A DNA stretch of 64,000 nt from Haliotis rubra (GCF_003918875.1 NW_025765159.1:1984001-2048000), one strand, 5' to 3'; shown: positions 1 through 12,608, numbered from the stretch's first letter. The notes: generated by a model not told the origin, from the sequence alone. Translations and numbers: made by a program.

Positions 1-914
1 TCATTGTCTTGTACACCCTGATACTGAAGGTCCAAGGTGTACTCAAACATTCATTGTCTTGTACACCCTGATACTGAAGGTCCAAGGTGTATTCAAACAT
101 TCATTGTTTTGTACAACCTGATACTGAAGGTCCAAGGTGTATTCAAACATTCATTGTCTTGTACATCCTGATACTGAAGGTCCAAGGTGTACTCAAACAT
201 TCATTGTCTTGTACACCCTGATACTGAAGGTCCAAGGTGTACTCAAACATTCATTGTCTTGTACACCCTGATACTGAAGGTCCAAGGTGTACTCAAACAT
301 TCATTGTCTTGTACACCCTAATACTGAAGGTCCAAGGTGTACTCAAACATTCATTGTCCAGTACACCCTGATACTGAAGGTCCAAGGTGTACTCAAACAT
401 TCATTGTCTTGTACACCCTGATACTGAAGTTCCAAGGTGTACTCAAACATTCATTGTCCAGTACACCCTGATACTGAAGGTCCGAGGTGTACTCAAACAT
501 TCATTGTCTTGTACACCCTGATACTGAAGGTCCAAGGTGTACTCAAACATTCATTGTCTTGTACACCCTAATACTGAAGGTCCAAGATGTACTCAAACAT
601 TCATTGTCCAGTACACCCTGACACTGAAGGTCCAAGGTGTACTCAAACATTCATTGTCTTGTACACCCTGATACTGAAGGTCCAAGGTGTACTCAAACAT
701 TGTCTTGTACACCCTGATACTGAAGTTCCAAGGTGTACTCAAACATTCATTGTCTTGTACACCCTGATACTGAAGGTCCAAGGTGTACTCAAACATTCAT
801 TGTCTTGTACACCCTGATACTGAAGTTCCAAGGTGTACTCAAACATTCATTGTCTTGTACACCCTGATACTGAAGGTCCAAGGTGTACTCAAACATTCAT
901 TGTCTTGAACACCT
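1..914. repeat. 50-bp tandem satellite, about 18 copies, running off the left window edge
   Basis: Unit TCATTGTCTTGTACACCCTGATACTGAAGGTCCAAGGTGTACTCAAACAT repeated nearly perfectly; one 4-nt deletion near 700. Confidence 0.97.
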
Positions 915-1355
915 CAATATCGAGAGTTGATGTTGATGCACTGAGACACTCTGTAGATACAAATTAGTTCCCATTTCGTCAGTGTTCGTAATATCGCTGG
1001 GAAATTGTTTGCGATATTTAGCAATCTGACTTGGATGCATTGTGAGCTGGACCATTATCTATTGTTTTAAGTCCTGTTGGCACCTGTATAGTACCCACAG
1101 ATGTCACATAAATACACATGTATATATATATGAGGGCATTAGTCTTTCTTTGGCAACATGTTTACTGGTTTCTATGGTGATGGCTGAGGATTCTGCTTCT
1201 GTTATTTTAGCAATGGCGAATGAGTAAAAAAGTATTATTATTTCACAATCTTAATCAAAGTGCAGCACCTTCGACAAGAACAGAAAGTCTGTGGTTCAAA
1301 CCCTGGTGCATCATATTCAAAGGTGTATTTGTTGTTACCTTGCCTCACGATCTGT

Positions 1356-1523
1356 GGGGCGGTGGGTTAGTCTGGTGGTTAAAGCGTCTGCTTGTCACGC
1401 CAAAGACACGGGTTCTATTCTCCATGTGGCCACAATGTGTGAAGCCGATTTCTGGTGTCCGCCGCCATGACATTGCTGGAATATTGCTAAAAGCGGCATA
1501 AAACCAAACCCACTCACTCACTC
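1356..1523 (+). mobile_element. tRNA-derived SINE, family A (~165 bp; more than 20 full or partial copies in window)
   Basis: A-box-like TAGTCTGGTGG, GTCACG anticodon-like loop, B-box-like GGTTCTATTC, tail GGAATATTGCTAAAAGCGGC then (ACTC)n. Confidence 0.85.
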
Positions 1524-1977
1524 ATGTTCTGCATTAAGAGGTGTATAAAGACAGTTAGGCTTATAGTCAATATACTGTGACTCCATGTTGATCTGCGTCA
1601 TGGTATCATGCTAGAGGCCTTTACATAATCTTATCGATAAAACTTGGATGATGTTTTTGTCTTTCATGAGAGTTATAATATTAGCATCTATTTGTAAGAA
1701 AATATTAGTATATATTAGTATTAATATAAGTATTTAGCTGATCGGGTGATGCTCTATTAGTGTCTTTTACACCAATGGTGTACATACTCATCAGTATCAT
1801 GCACGGGTCTCGACAATTACGCTTGTCACCTTCACAAGTGAAAGCAAATGTTCATCAGGACCAGTACCGTTGATAGATAAATATAGAAGATCTAAGTTGT
1901 GAATGGAAAGTTCTGAAATAACTGATATTTTGCAGTAGTACAGACATTCTAAGTAATCCACTAGTGTTGTTAGACCA

Positions 1978-2133
1978 GGGCGGTGGCTATCCCAGTGTTC
2001 GCTTGTCACGCCAAACACCCGAGTTCGATTCTCCACATGGGTACAATGTGTGAAGCCCATTTCTGGTGTTCCCAGCCGTGATATTGCTGGAATATGGCTG
2101 AAAGTGGCGTAAAACCATAATCACTAACTCACT
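1978..2133 (+). mobile_element. SINE family A copy
   Basis: Matches family A; flanked by imperfect TSD TGTTAGACCA/TGTCAGACCA. Confidence 0.85.
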
Positions 2134-3033
2134 ATGTCAGACCACAGGGGTTTGTAATGCAAGAAAAAAGCATCAAGATGTATATATATTGTCAGTACAT
2201 GGATCTTAGCTTTATTTAAAAGATTGCCTTTCATATAATATTAAGACCTTTGCAGTGACAATATATGTTTTGATGTTCATGTTTTACGTTACAAGCCCCC
2301 CAGTGTGTTAGACAAGGATTAAGACAACTGCGTCACTACATCAGAATGGTTTCTTTTAAAACTCTTGACCAGTGTATCCATAGCTTCTGATGGCGCCTTT
2401 GTATGGACAGAGAGCTGTGGTGCTGCAGTCTCTTACAGCATTATATTTACATATAAATTATATTCCTGAAAACCAGGATAATGATGCCTCTAAGTTTAGT
2501 TGTTGAGATAGTTGTCAAAGGCTTCATTCAAATGCTGATTACATTGAATCAAATATTTATATGTCTTTGTTTGTTCTCTGTTAACTTCCGTTATATCGCT
2601 CAAACAAATTCTTTAAATTTATAAAAATGATCATATATCCTTTGTGCCAATCATACATGTAGATCATGCAGATCATGAAGATCATGAAGATCAAAGGTCT
2701 CATTGGCTAAGTCCTTGCAAAGATTATTTTTTCGCAACGAATGAAATAGATTGAACTATTTTTATATATCATGCAATCATGTGTAGATAGTTTTTCACGG
2801 TAGTGCTAATTATACTATTCCACTTTTAATGAGATATTTCTTTGTTATCTCTCCATGATCTTCAAATGTTCTGTTATGTCGGGTGTATATTTGAAGATAT
2901 CTCACAAATGATTATCCCTTTGAAAAGTGGAGTAGTATATATCATTGGGTCAGGCAAAGAATCGGGGTTCTTTTAGTTCGTGTGTTTGTACAAAATTGTT
3001 GGTGGTATATCATGGTGTCTATGATTGCTAGTA

Positions 3034-3156
3034 TATACTACTCACAACAAGTTAGGGAACATCGAAAAGAAGGCTGTGATGCAGTGTCCACAGTCAATTA
3101 ACTTTAGAGATGAAAAAAAAAATAAGGTGTTCCTTAATTTTTGTGTGTAGTGTATA
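3034..3156. mobile_element. Tiny Tc1/mariner-like MITE
   Basis: Imperfect ~28-bp TIRs (TACTACTCACAACAAGTTAGGGAAC / GTTCCTTAATTTTTGTGTGTAGTGTA), TA flanks. Confidence 0.5.
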
Positions 3157-4189
3157 ATGACTCATCGTGAATGGCAGTGTTCATGCTTAAGTTTTTTAAT
3201 ATATAGTATTCATTTGTAGACTATTTTATGTTGAGAAAATGAGTGAAAATTGTTTGATTTCTGAATGATTTTTGTTGATGGTATTAGCACACAAACTGAA
3301 TCATTTTGTTGTTGTGTCCAGGGTCATGTGTGCGGCTCAGAAATCCTCCATATTAGTTCCTGAAGTCAGTCTCGTTTCCATTTGACCATTATTTCTTTCA
3401 GATTATTTGTATTTGGCAAAGCATTTTTACTGTGCAAGTGTGTTATAGATGCTGAATTACTAAGGATTGTTGAGATGTCAGTGTTTAAAATTATGGATGG
3501 AAGTCTGGGATGTCTTGTGTGGATAAGTATTAACATTTCAGGGTCTTACTGTGTTCAAAGGACATCTTACCACATGGCTTACTGTTGATACTAAAGGTTA
3601 AATGGGCCAAAAATCAGAATGTGGATTTTAGGGGAACATGTAAATTGTGGACTAATATCCGAAAAGAAATTATATCAAAAGGGATGCTAAACCCTGTGTT
3701 CAAAACCATGGATCATATATCCCTAGGTACAAATATTCACTCAGAAACAGTTAAGGACTACAAAGTCTGTCAAAGCATGGCATGACAGATTAACTATAAT
3801 AATACAAAAGAATTGGGTGGTCCTTTACTTTTTTTGAGCAGTTTTAGATCAAAACATCCCTCTTACTTTCACTGGATAATATATAAGATGGCCACAAATG
3901 TATTTATTAGTATGTGTTCAGATTGGTATCATTTTGAAATATATTTTACACTGAACTTGTACATGTGTTATAGAGATTTTTACATATGTTTATTGCCTTT
4001 ATAATGTATTGCAAGTACTGGGCAGTTTTTAGGGTTGATTATGATGTCAATGTTGACAGCGGGAGATATATTATTCATGTTTAGGATATTAAATAATTTC
4101 TAATACTTTTGTGACTTGTTATATTTTACAAGAGAGGCAGTGTTTGTAGCACTGAAGTTGGTTGGTTGGCTGGTTGGTTGCACTTGGTT

Positions 4190-4370
4190 GTTTAACAGGC
4201 TGCACTCGGCAATATTACAGCTATATAGCAGCGGTCTGTAAATAATCGAGTCTGGATCAGACAATCCAGTCATCAACAGCATGAGCATTGACCCATGCAG
4301 TTGGGAACCAATTACATGTGTCAACCAAGCCAGCGAGTCTGACCACCAGATCCTGTTAGTCGCCTCTTAC
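4190..4370 (-). mobile_element. SINE-like family B copy, 5' truncated
   Basis: Reverse complement of family B body and tail. Confidence 0.8.
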
Positions 4371-5460
4371 ATATAGCTGGAATATGGAGTGTGGCGTAAA
4401 ACTATACTCACTCACTCACTACTTTACATACGTCTTACTACCCTCATTCTTACTCCTTTACACCCTTCTCAACGCCCCCTTCCCCTCTTCCCTCCTTCAT
4501 ATCCATCTTAACACTCTCCTTAACATCCTCCCTTACATGCTTCACCGTGGTGATGTTGCTGGAATATTGCTAAAAGCAGCGTAAAACCAAACTCAGGCAG
4601 GCCTTACATGCTTCTCAACACTCCTTCACATCCTTCTTTACACTTTCTTGAACAGCCGTCTTTACATCTTTTTGGTGATCCTCTTTTACATCCGTCTGTA
4701 AGTAATCATGTCAGGACCAGTGATCAACAGCATGAGCATCTATCTACTCAATTGGGATATGATGGCGTGTGTCAGCAGCCAGAGATCCTGTTAGTCGCCT
4801 CTTACGAAAAGCATGGGTTACTGAAGATCAATTCCAGGATCCTCAAGGGTCCAAAAACGGTGGGAAGACTCACTCTCAAAAGTTTACAAAAATAAATGAG
4901 AATAAGCTATTGTCGGCATTACACGGGTTTCATCATTAAGCTGCTAATATGATGAACATTTTACCAGGCCATAATCGTGGATGATTTAAAAATATTAAAA
5001 CTTAACAAGTCGGAGAGAGTGATATATTTACAAAATGACCCCATGAAAATTCACTAGCCAGTCGGGCCAGTGACTGTGGAGATTTACTGGCCCGAATAGA
5101 TTTTTACTAGCCATGGGCTAGCGGGCCAGTGGCTATTTCGCACACAGATGGCTCCCAATGTGACGCCACAAGTTTCCCACCAAACATACTTTGAAGTAAG
5201 ATGCAGCTGCAGGTGGCCCATTTTTCGCGGTGATCAAGCTGTCTACAGTTAACCAATATCTGTCCATTTGCATCTCCTCAAATCGGTTAACGTGACGAAC
5301 AGGTTTGATAATATCAAATGGTCTTGAATCGATGAAATAAGAAAAGGTGTTATGAACTCTCGGATTGTTTAATTTTAAGTATTAAAAGCCAAATTCCATT
5401 AATCTAATTATCTTTCTTTTTCTCCAACTGACGATTTTCTTTTCTCTTAATTATTTTTCC

Positions 5461-5822
5461 AATTTCCTCACCCCCAAAAGTTCTGATATCTCATCAACTG
5501 ATAAATCCGAAGCAGGTGGATTTAAATTACGTCACTGACAAGAAACGAACATTGCAACCTTCAACGGTTATGTCAAGGTTCGCTTTGTTTGTTGTTGTAA
5601 CGCCGAACTCTGTAGGTTTACCCAAATGTGAGATCTGGAGACATTATTCAAATTTCCTCACCTCCAAAAGTTCTGATATCTCATCAATTGACAAATCCGA
5701 AGAAGGTGGATCTAAATTACGTCACGGACAAGAAACGAAGACGGTAACCTTCAACGGTTATATCAAGGTTTGCTTTGTTGTTTAACGCCGAACTCTGTAG
5801 GTTTACCCAAATGCGAGATCTG
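5461..5822. repeat. Diverged tandem duplication, period ~190 bp, 2 copies
   Basis: 5461-5637 aligns with 5651-5822 (AATTTCCTCACC...GTTTACCCAAATGYGAGATCTG). Confidence 0.9.
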
Positions 5823-5994
5823 AGAGTGTGTGTGTGTGCAGGGGGTGCACCCCCGTCTCACCCCTATTGTCCTCAAAGTTTATTAAATGACCCATGAAAA
5901 CGGGTGAAAATGAAGTGTGCACCCTCCCTTTCCCAAGAGTGTGCACCCCCTCCTTTCTCAAAAAGCTGTCCGTCCCTGACTTCCAGTTATCTAC

Positions 5995-6236
5995 CTGTTA
6001 AGAAGATCCCGGTTAGAACTGATCTTCAGTAACCAATGCATGTCGTTAGAAGCGGCTAACGGGATCGGGTGGTTAGGTTCGCTGACTTGCTTGACACATA
6101 TCATTGTATTCCAACAGATCGATGCTCATGCCGTTGATCACTGGATTGTCTGGTCCAGACTTGATTATTTACAGCCCGCCGCCATGTAGTTGGAATATTG
6201 CTGAGTGCGGTGTAAAACTAAATTCACTCACTCACT
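5995..6236 (+). mobile_element. SINE-like family B copy (no tRNA head)
   Basis: GAAGATCCCGGTTAGAACTGATCTTC head, GATCACTGGATTGTCTGGTCCAGAC body, GGAATATTGCTGAGTGCGG tail and (ACTC)n. Confidence 0.85.
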
Positions 6237-7114
6237 TCCAATCATCCCAGATTCGAGAGAACCGTAAAAGAATAACCAAAGAGGATTAGGCGGGTATAAG
6301 GCTTTCACATCGACACATCCATAAATTCGATACAAGGGTGTTTGACTGTACATGTGCAGCCTAATGGCGTAACATGTTTCAAGGTGTCAATATGCTTTTA
6401 TATTTTTTTAATGTGTCCTCATTGTACAGCTTGTTTTCGTCACTATATTGCTGAAACACTGAGGGTGTCTCCTTTGAGTGGCATACTTAGGATGTGACTA
6501 CAAATCTTAACTCACTCACTCACACTGCATACAATATGCCGTTTCTTCATTTAGAACCCAAATATTGTAATGGCTGAAAGCTACAATTTATCAAACAGCT
6601 GCGTTGATGTTTCCATGTGGTATTAATAAAACTGTTGGAATCTTCTTACTTTCAGTGTGTATTAAAGTTTATAATGTTTAAACATTACACCAAACAATCC
6701 ATCAAAATACTGATTTTTACAGAGTGCCCTCTTAACCTCTCTCTGAAATCATATTTAAAAAATGACGACCTTGACAAACTGGCGTTTGACAAGCAACAAA
6801 GGAGAAAAAAAGTAAAATAGCCTATTTGTTTTATAACCGACTTAAACGTCTGGGGAAAACATTTGGCATTACATTCTGTAACAAGATGTGTTTGCATGCA
6901 ATCTGAAAGTAGCTGTCATGAAGAATCACGTTATCAAATCAAAGTTTAAGTAAAAAGTATATGTAAACAGCTCAGGAATAACGCTCAAAACATCACCATG
7001 ACATCAGATAACTTTTGTCAATGACAAGAGAAACGAATAAAACCGATGGTTTTCGGAATGTTCAAAGGGAGGTCACTCTCATTTCCAGTCCATGCATCGG
7101 CTGCTTCTGTTGGA

Positions 7115-7259
7115 ATGGAGATTTTTGTTACCTTGCTGTTGATCCTATGGATCTTGTTTGATGTCAACTATTTCATCTATGCCTTCTTGACATTTCTTTA
7201 TGGTTTTATAAAGGGTTTGATATCGCCTATTAACCTGATGGACGAAAGCGTCATATACG
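7115..7259 (+). CDS. THEM6: THEM6-like thioesterase, coding exon 1 (hydrophobic N-terminus)
   Basis: MEIFVTLLLILWILFDVNYF...DESVIY(G); the DVNYF motif after a hydrophobic stretch is typical of THEM6; donor G|GTAAGT, phase 1. An upstream in-frame ATG at 7046 is also possible. Confidence 0.85.
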
Positions 7260-8189
7260 GTAAGTTACTTCATCGGGTCTTTTTGACGATGAGCATCCAT
7301 GATGCACAAAAATGACCTTTGGCCTATAATTGATGCCTGCTTTTGTTCACTTTAACATGTGCAAATAAATATATGTCGACAAAAAGGGCAAGATACTTAT
7401 ATTACCTGTACAACAGGTGTTCAACGATGACCTAGATTTTGTCTGTTTTCGACTCAATCTCTCAAATAATGGCTAGGAGCTTGTATTATGAGATATTTCT
7501 CTTGGATTCCAAATCGAGTGCCATTAGCATTTGTTAAAAATCAAGGTATTATTCAAATTTGATTTGTCTTCATGTTCTTGTGGTCATTAAATCAGAGAAA
7601 TTCGAAAATGTTTTGTTCAAATTTGATATTTATACAGTAAACTTGGGGGTAATTAGGCATTTCAACAGGGCTAGATATAAATTCTGTTCAGTATGATAAA
7701 ACATACAGAGTGACTCTGTTCGACTTAAAGACATGTTAGAGGATACCAAATAATCTGTACCCACAAAATATGGCTAATACGTATCTAAAATTCCTGATAC
7801 CTGATTTGGGGCATTCATACTTTTTTGTGCAAACTTGTACACCAATTTGGATGACGAGACACAAAACTAATTGATCAGTACACAAATTTGGAGGCCCTGT
7901 ACCCATTTATTTTGATATTTGTAACAAGTCGATATTTAAGCAACATGTCCTAAAACAGATTTGTTGTGTATGAATCATTCAGTTGCTGAGTTACTTGTTG
8001 TCCAACATTTGTGTCAACCGGCCAGAGTATAGAATAAAAGGTGCAGATCTCTATGGGTACAGATTGTTCAGTTGGACAAATTGGAATGTCAAAACAACCA
8101 TTTAGCATGTGTTTTGCTGAGAGTACTGTAAATCCATTCTTTACTTTGAGGAGGGTGCTAGGAAGATGTTTTTGTTTCTGTTCTTTCAG

Positions 8190-8401
8190 GCCTCTGTATG
8201 ACGAACGACATGGATCTTCAGTGGCATATGAACAATGGTAGATATCTAAGGAACTGTGACTTTGGCAGGTTCATTCACATTATGGAGACCAAAATATACC
8301 CAACAGCCAGAAGGCTCGGGGCCAACATGTATCTGGCTGGGAGCAACATCCGCTACAGGAGGTCCCTGCAGTTGTTTGATGTCTACCGCATCCACACCAG
8401 G
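8190..8401 (+). CDS. THEM6: THEM6-like thioesterase, coding exon 2 (hotdog-fold motif)
   Basis: Acceptor TTCTTTCAG; GLCMTNDMDLQWHMNNGRYLRNCDFGR...IRYRRSL...HTR carries the DxDxxxHMNNxRY motif; donor AGG|GTAAAG, phase 0. Confidence 0.92.
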
Positions 8402-8415
8402 GTAAAGTTACATTA

Positions 8416-8740
8416 GGCCAGACCAATTTTATTTCTTGTTTTATGGATCCGCCGGTTGTATTTTTTCAAGAATAAGAAGAAAAAAAATAATTAATTTCCC
8501 ACGCTCAAAAAATACAATTTTGATATTTCTATTGGCCAAAAATGTAAATGTGCAAGAAAATGTTTAAGATTGTTTTTTTGCCCCATATACACGTCATAAA
8601 TTGCCAAAAATAAAAAACTTTTAGTATTTAGAAGGAATATTACTTTGACTGTTGATTTTTATTTTCATTTTTTTCCCCTCCTGCCTTTAGGTTTTCTGAG
8701 GACAAACATCTGTAAAACTAGAAATAAAATTGGTCTGGCC
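8416..8740. mobile_element. PIF/Harbinger-like MITE in THEM6 intron 2
   Basis: TIR GGCCAGACCAATTTTATTTCT at both ends, TTA on both flanks (3-bp TSD). Confidence 0.85.
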
Positions 8741-8759
8741 TTATGTTATATTGGCATGA

Positions 8760-9008
8760 TTAGTGGCCATATATACAGTTATCTTAGTGGCCACATTTAC
8801 AGTTATCTTAGTGGCCATATGTACAGTTATCTTAGTGGCCACATGTACAGTTATCTTAGTAGCCATATGTACAGTTATCTTAGTAGCCACATGTACAGTT
8901 ATCTTAGTGGCCATATGTACAGTTATCTTAGTGGCCATATGTTCAGTTATCTTAGTAGCCACATGTACAGTTGTCTTAGTAGCCATATGTACAGTTATCT
9001 TAGTAGCC
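8760..9008. repeat. 24-bp minisatellite, ~10 copies
   Basis: Unit GTACAGTTATCTTAGTRGCCAYAT; explains repetitive ORFs 8645-9161. Confidence 0.95.
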
Positions 9009-9085
9009 TATACAGTAAACTATGTTTACAACGAGCACACTTATTATGAACTGACTGATATGACCAATGACACAAACTGGTTATG

Positions 9086-10376
9086 TATTAGATATACCCA
9101 CACTTTCCGAGGTGTGCCGCTCAATACCCTACTGTTTGAGTCGTGTGGCCTCCGGCGTTAGCCGAGGAGACCACACGACTCAAACAGTAGGCGATAGCCA
9201 CACACGGAGAAGTGTGGGTACATCTGACTTATACCTCACTTCTGGTCGGAGTTACGAGTTTATTATAACACTTTATGTTCTAGTTATGACAAAAAAAATT
9301 ATTTCTTTTCCATCTGTTTCATTTATTTTTAGCCCACTGGTTAAGACCTCCAATGTCCATGTCTATAGTCTGTTTGCAGTGAAACCTACCGATCAATTTC
9401 ACTTTAAACAAAAAGTACTCAAATAGTGAAATTAAGATTGCGAATCTCATAATTTGACCTTGCCAAATGAACATCTCAGAATTATATTCAACTTAGAATA
9501 AAATTTGTTTAACAAATGATCATAGTTTCAAATCAATATTATTGGTTTGTATTACAATTTTAGGGGTAAGCTTGCAGTAGTTGGAACAGTGAAACAAATG
9601 CCCGTATGCGGTACGTAATGCGCTAACTTCTACCAAACCTGCATGTTCTGGGTGTTTCATTTAATGCGCATACCCCATTGTAATACAAACCAATAATAGC
9701 TTTGAAACTTTGATCGCTTTGTTAAACAACTTTTATCCTAAGCTGAATATAATTCTGAGATTTAAATGTTCAATAGGCAAGGTAAAATTACGGGATTTGC
9801 AATCTTAGTTTCACTTTATTCGATTTACTTTTTAAAGTGATATTCATCGGTATCGCCACTGCAAACAGACTATAAGCAGTCGATTGCACGCGTGCATGCA
9901 CGGGCTTGTAATGATTTCCCTACGATTTTAAGCACCAGTTCGGGCGCCGAATGACTTCAAGTAGCCCCAAATATGCACAATATTACTGATAATTGACATT
10001 TGTATGGGCAGACCAATGCGCATGCGTCTCTGACTCGCATGTGGCATAGAAAACATTTGGAAGATCACACGTTCGCTTCGCCATGGATGCTGAAGAGTGG
10101 ACAGAGGATTTTCTTTCTCAAATTGACAGTTCGTTAGCCGCCACATTTCGACCTGGATGATAAGGAAGATTTTGAAACAATCGAAATCTCAAAGTGAGTC
10201 CATTGAAATAAAATTATATTTCGCCGTTTGTTGTGTCTTTATTGCTTCGGTATACCCTAGTGAAAAAGTGTAGGTGTATCATTGATACACCTACACTTTT
10301 GACAGGTGTACCGGTCAATACACCTACACTTTTAACAAAGGAAACCATGGCAACGAGACCGGAAGTGGGGTATAAG
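9086..10376. mobile_element. 1291-bp non-coding insertion without a clear TSD; DIRS/Crypton-like terminal architecture
   Basis: Boundaries defined by the empty site in the duplicated copy (10960/10961); internal region 9210-9247 complementary to both termini; hairpins at 9128-9191 and 10264-10300. Superfamily assignment is inference. Confidence 0.7.
9366..9872. mobile_element. Fold-back MITE with ~200-bp TIRs nested in the 1291-bp element
   Basis: Ends TAGTCTGTTTGCAGTG / CACTGCAAACAGACTA with TA flanks; second copy at 63088-63610. Confidence 0.85.
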
Positions 10377-10412
10377 TTGCTTTTGGCCATTTACTGTATA
10401 TTTCAGTAGAAA

Positions 10413-10996
10413 AAAAATGTAAATGTGCAAGAAAATGTTTAAGATTGTTTTTTTGCCCCATATACACGTCATAAATTGCCAAAAATAAAAAACTTTTAGT
10501 ATTTAGAAGGAATATTACTTTGACTGTTGATTTTTATTTTCATTTTTTTCCCCTCCTGCCTTTAGGTTTTCTGAGGACAAACATCTGTAAAACTAGAAAT
10601 AAAATTGGTCTGGCCTTATGTTACATTGGCATGATTAGTGGCCATATATACAGTTATCTTAGTGGCCACATTTACAGTTATCTTAGTGGCCATATGTACA
10701 GTTATCTTAGTGGCCACATGTACAGTTATCTTAGTAGCCATATGTACAGTTATCTTAGTAGCCACATGTACAGTTATCTTAGTGGCCATATGTACAGTTA
10801 TCTTAGTGGCCATATGTACAGTTATCTTAGTAGCCACATGTACAGTTGTCTTAGTAGCCATATGTACAGTTATCTTAGTAGCCTATACAGTAAACTATGT
10901 TTACAACGAGCACACTTATTATGAACTGACTGATATGACCAATGACACAAACTGGTTATGTTGCTTTTGGCCATTTACTGTATATTTCAGTAGAAA
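10413..10996. repeat. Near-identical duplicate of 8538-9085 plus 10377-10412, including the 24-bp minisatellite
   Basis: Offset 1875 bp; only two substitutions noticed over ~550 bp. Confidence 0.92.
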
Positions 10997-12081
10997 TGCT
11001 GATGAACGACTCATATACTGAACTAAAACTAGTCGTCCTTTTGAATTTTGTTTTAGCCACAGTTTACTGTATGTTCCTTAATTACAGAGTTATCTCCCTT
11101 TCATTCCACATTGTGTTACTTCTGGTAACTTTCTGTTTCTTTTGATGCTCAAGGTTTGTTAGTTTCCTCGAATTCCGTACATTCTGTGTAGTGTATGTAG
11201 ATTGTTTGACGTAGTTGGGCAGTTAGTTTTCAGGCTGACTCGAGAGTTGGATGGCATGTTGCAGAGGACTTGGCGTACTGTATCCGTCTCTGGCTAACTG
11301 TGTGGGCCAAAAGAAGTTGAATAAATGTACAGATTATTGTATCTTGTTTAAATTTCCTCAATTACCTAGTGCTGAAACTGAGATGGGAACCTGGGTTGGA
11401 ATAAGTGTCTGACACAGTATTCCCAATGTCTAGCTTATCATATTGTCAACATTTCAGTCAGCTGTTACTGTGTTGTTTAACACCACACTCAGCAATAATC
11501 CTGTCATATGATATATATCATCTGGATCGGGATCAGCTCCTGAATTAATGAGCAATGAATAATTCTTTCCAGATTTGTTGACTGACAATCAACAAGCCAC
11601 TAAGGCTGATTGCTTGGTCCACACATGCTGCTGTTATCCTAACCTGAAATCACAGGATTGTCTGGTCCAAATTTGGTTCATTTCAGGGTAATATCATAAA
11701 GCTGGAATATCACTGAGGGCAGCATACAACAACAAATGTATAGTAAACAATCTTATGGGTAAAATTTAGAGTTCCTAGACCTTCACACATTGTACTCATG
11801 CAGGGAATTAAACCAGGCCTTTAGCGTGATGAGCGAACATTTTAACCACTGGTACTAGTCTATCCCACCCACTGCCTTGTTATCTATACAGTGTGAAGCC
11901 CATTTCTGGTGTCCCCCGCTGTGATGTAGCTGGAATATTGCTAAAAGCGGTGTAAAACAGCAACTCAGTCAGTCAGTCAGTCAGTCAGTGTTATCAATAC
12001 TCACAGTTAATGTACTGTAATCAATCAATGCATTCTCACATTGTTCCTTCCTTGAGTATTTCTTCCTGGTGTGTTATGCAG

Positions 12082-12318
12082 ATTTTGTGTTGGGACGACA
12101 AGGCAGTGTACCTGGAGCAGAGTGTCCTGAGACACAAGGACAACTTCGTGTGTGCGGTGTGTGTGCTGAAGATGGTGGTGGCCGGGTCTGGAAGCAACCC
12201 ACAGAAGATCATCGACGTCATGCAGCCGGGGTTGAAGTCTCCCGAGCCGTTGCCAGAAGTCAGCAAGTGGATTGAGAGTATAGCATTGTCGAGTGAAAGA
12301 TTACGTAAATCTTTATGA
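12082..12318 (+). CDS. THEM6: THEM6-like thioesterase, terminal coding exon 3
   Basis: Acceptor TTATGCAG; ILCWDDKAVYLEQ...DNFVCAV...SSERLRKSL*; the WD-x-K-x-x-YLEQ motif matches THEM6; total CDS 145+212+237=594 nt = 197 aa + stop. Confidence 0.92.
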   Translation: MLCWDDKAVYLEQSVLRHKDNFVCAVCVLKMVVAGSGSNPQKIIDVMQPGLKSPEPLPEVSKWIESIALSSERLRKSL

Positions 12319-12608
12319 TCTTGGAAAAGCTAGGCATTTAAACATGTGCGATTGTATCAACAATACTTTAAATTGTGAAATTAATGCAAAAAGTGCGAGT
12401 AGCACTTGGTCATATAAATAAGGAAGATGCGTTGTATACTGATGTCATAAAGTTTATTGTCATGCCAGGTTCACTGTCCATTTGGGTGGAAACAATTATA
12501 TACACGATCTTATAGTTACTAATACAATCCAGATGCTGCCCGTCCATGTTGTGTAGACATCCAGCTTATTATCAACAGTTTTGAATTCATAACACTAGTA
12601 CTAGTACA

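Noticed and set aside
1-914. CRISPR array or hammerhead-containing satellite; ORFs 587-817 and 593-796
   Set aside because: No unique spacers; CTGAAGG/CAAAC do not match the CUGANGA/GAAA core; the ORFs are repeat translations.
8645-11021. Repetitive ORFs (SGHMYSYL, ATKITVHM, VILVAICT) as low-complexity proteins
   Set aside because: Translations of a 24-bp minisatellite inside the THEM6 intron, open in several frames by chance.
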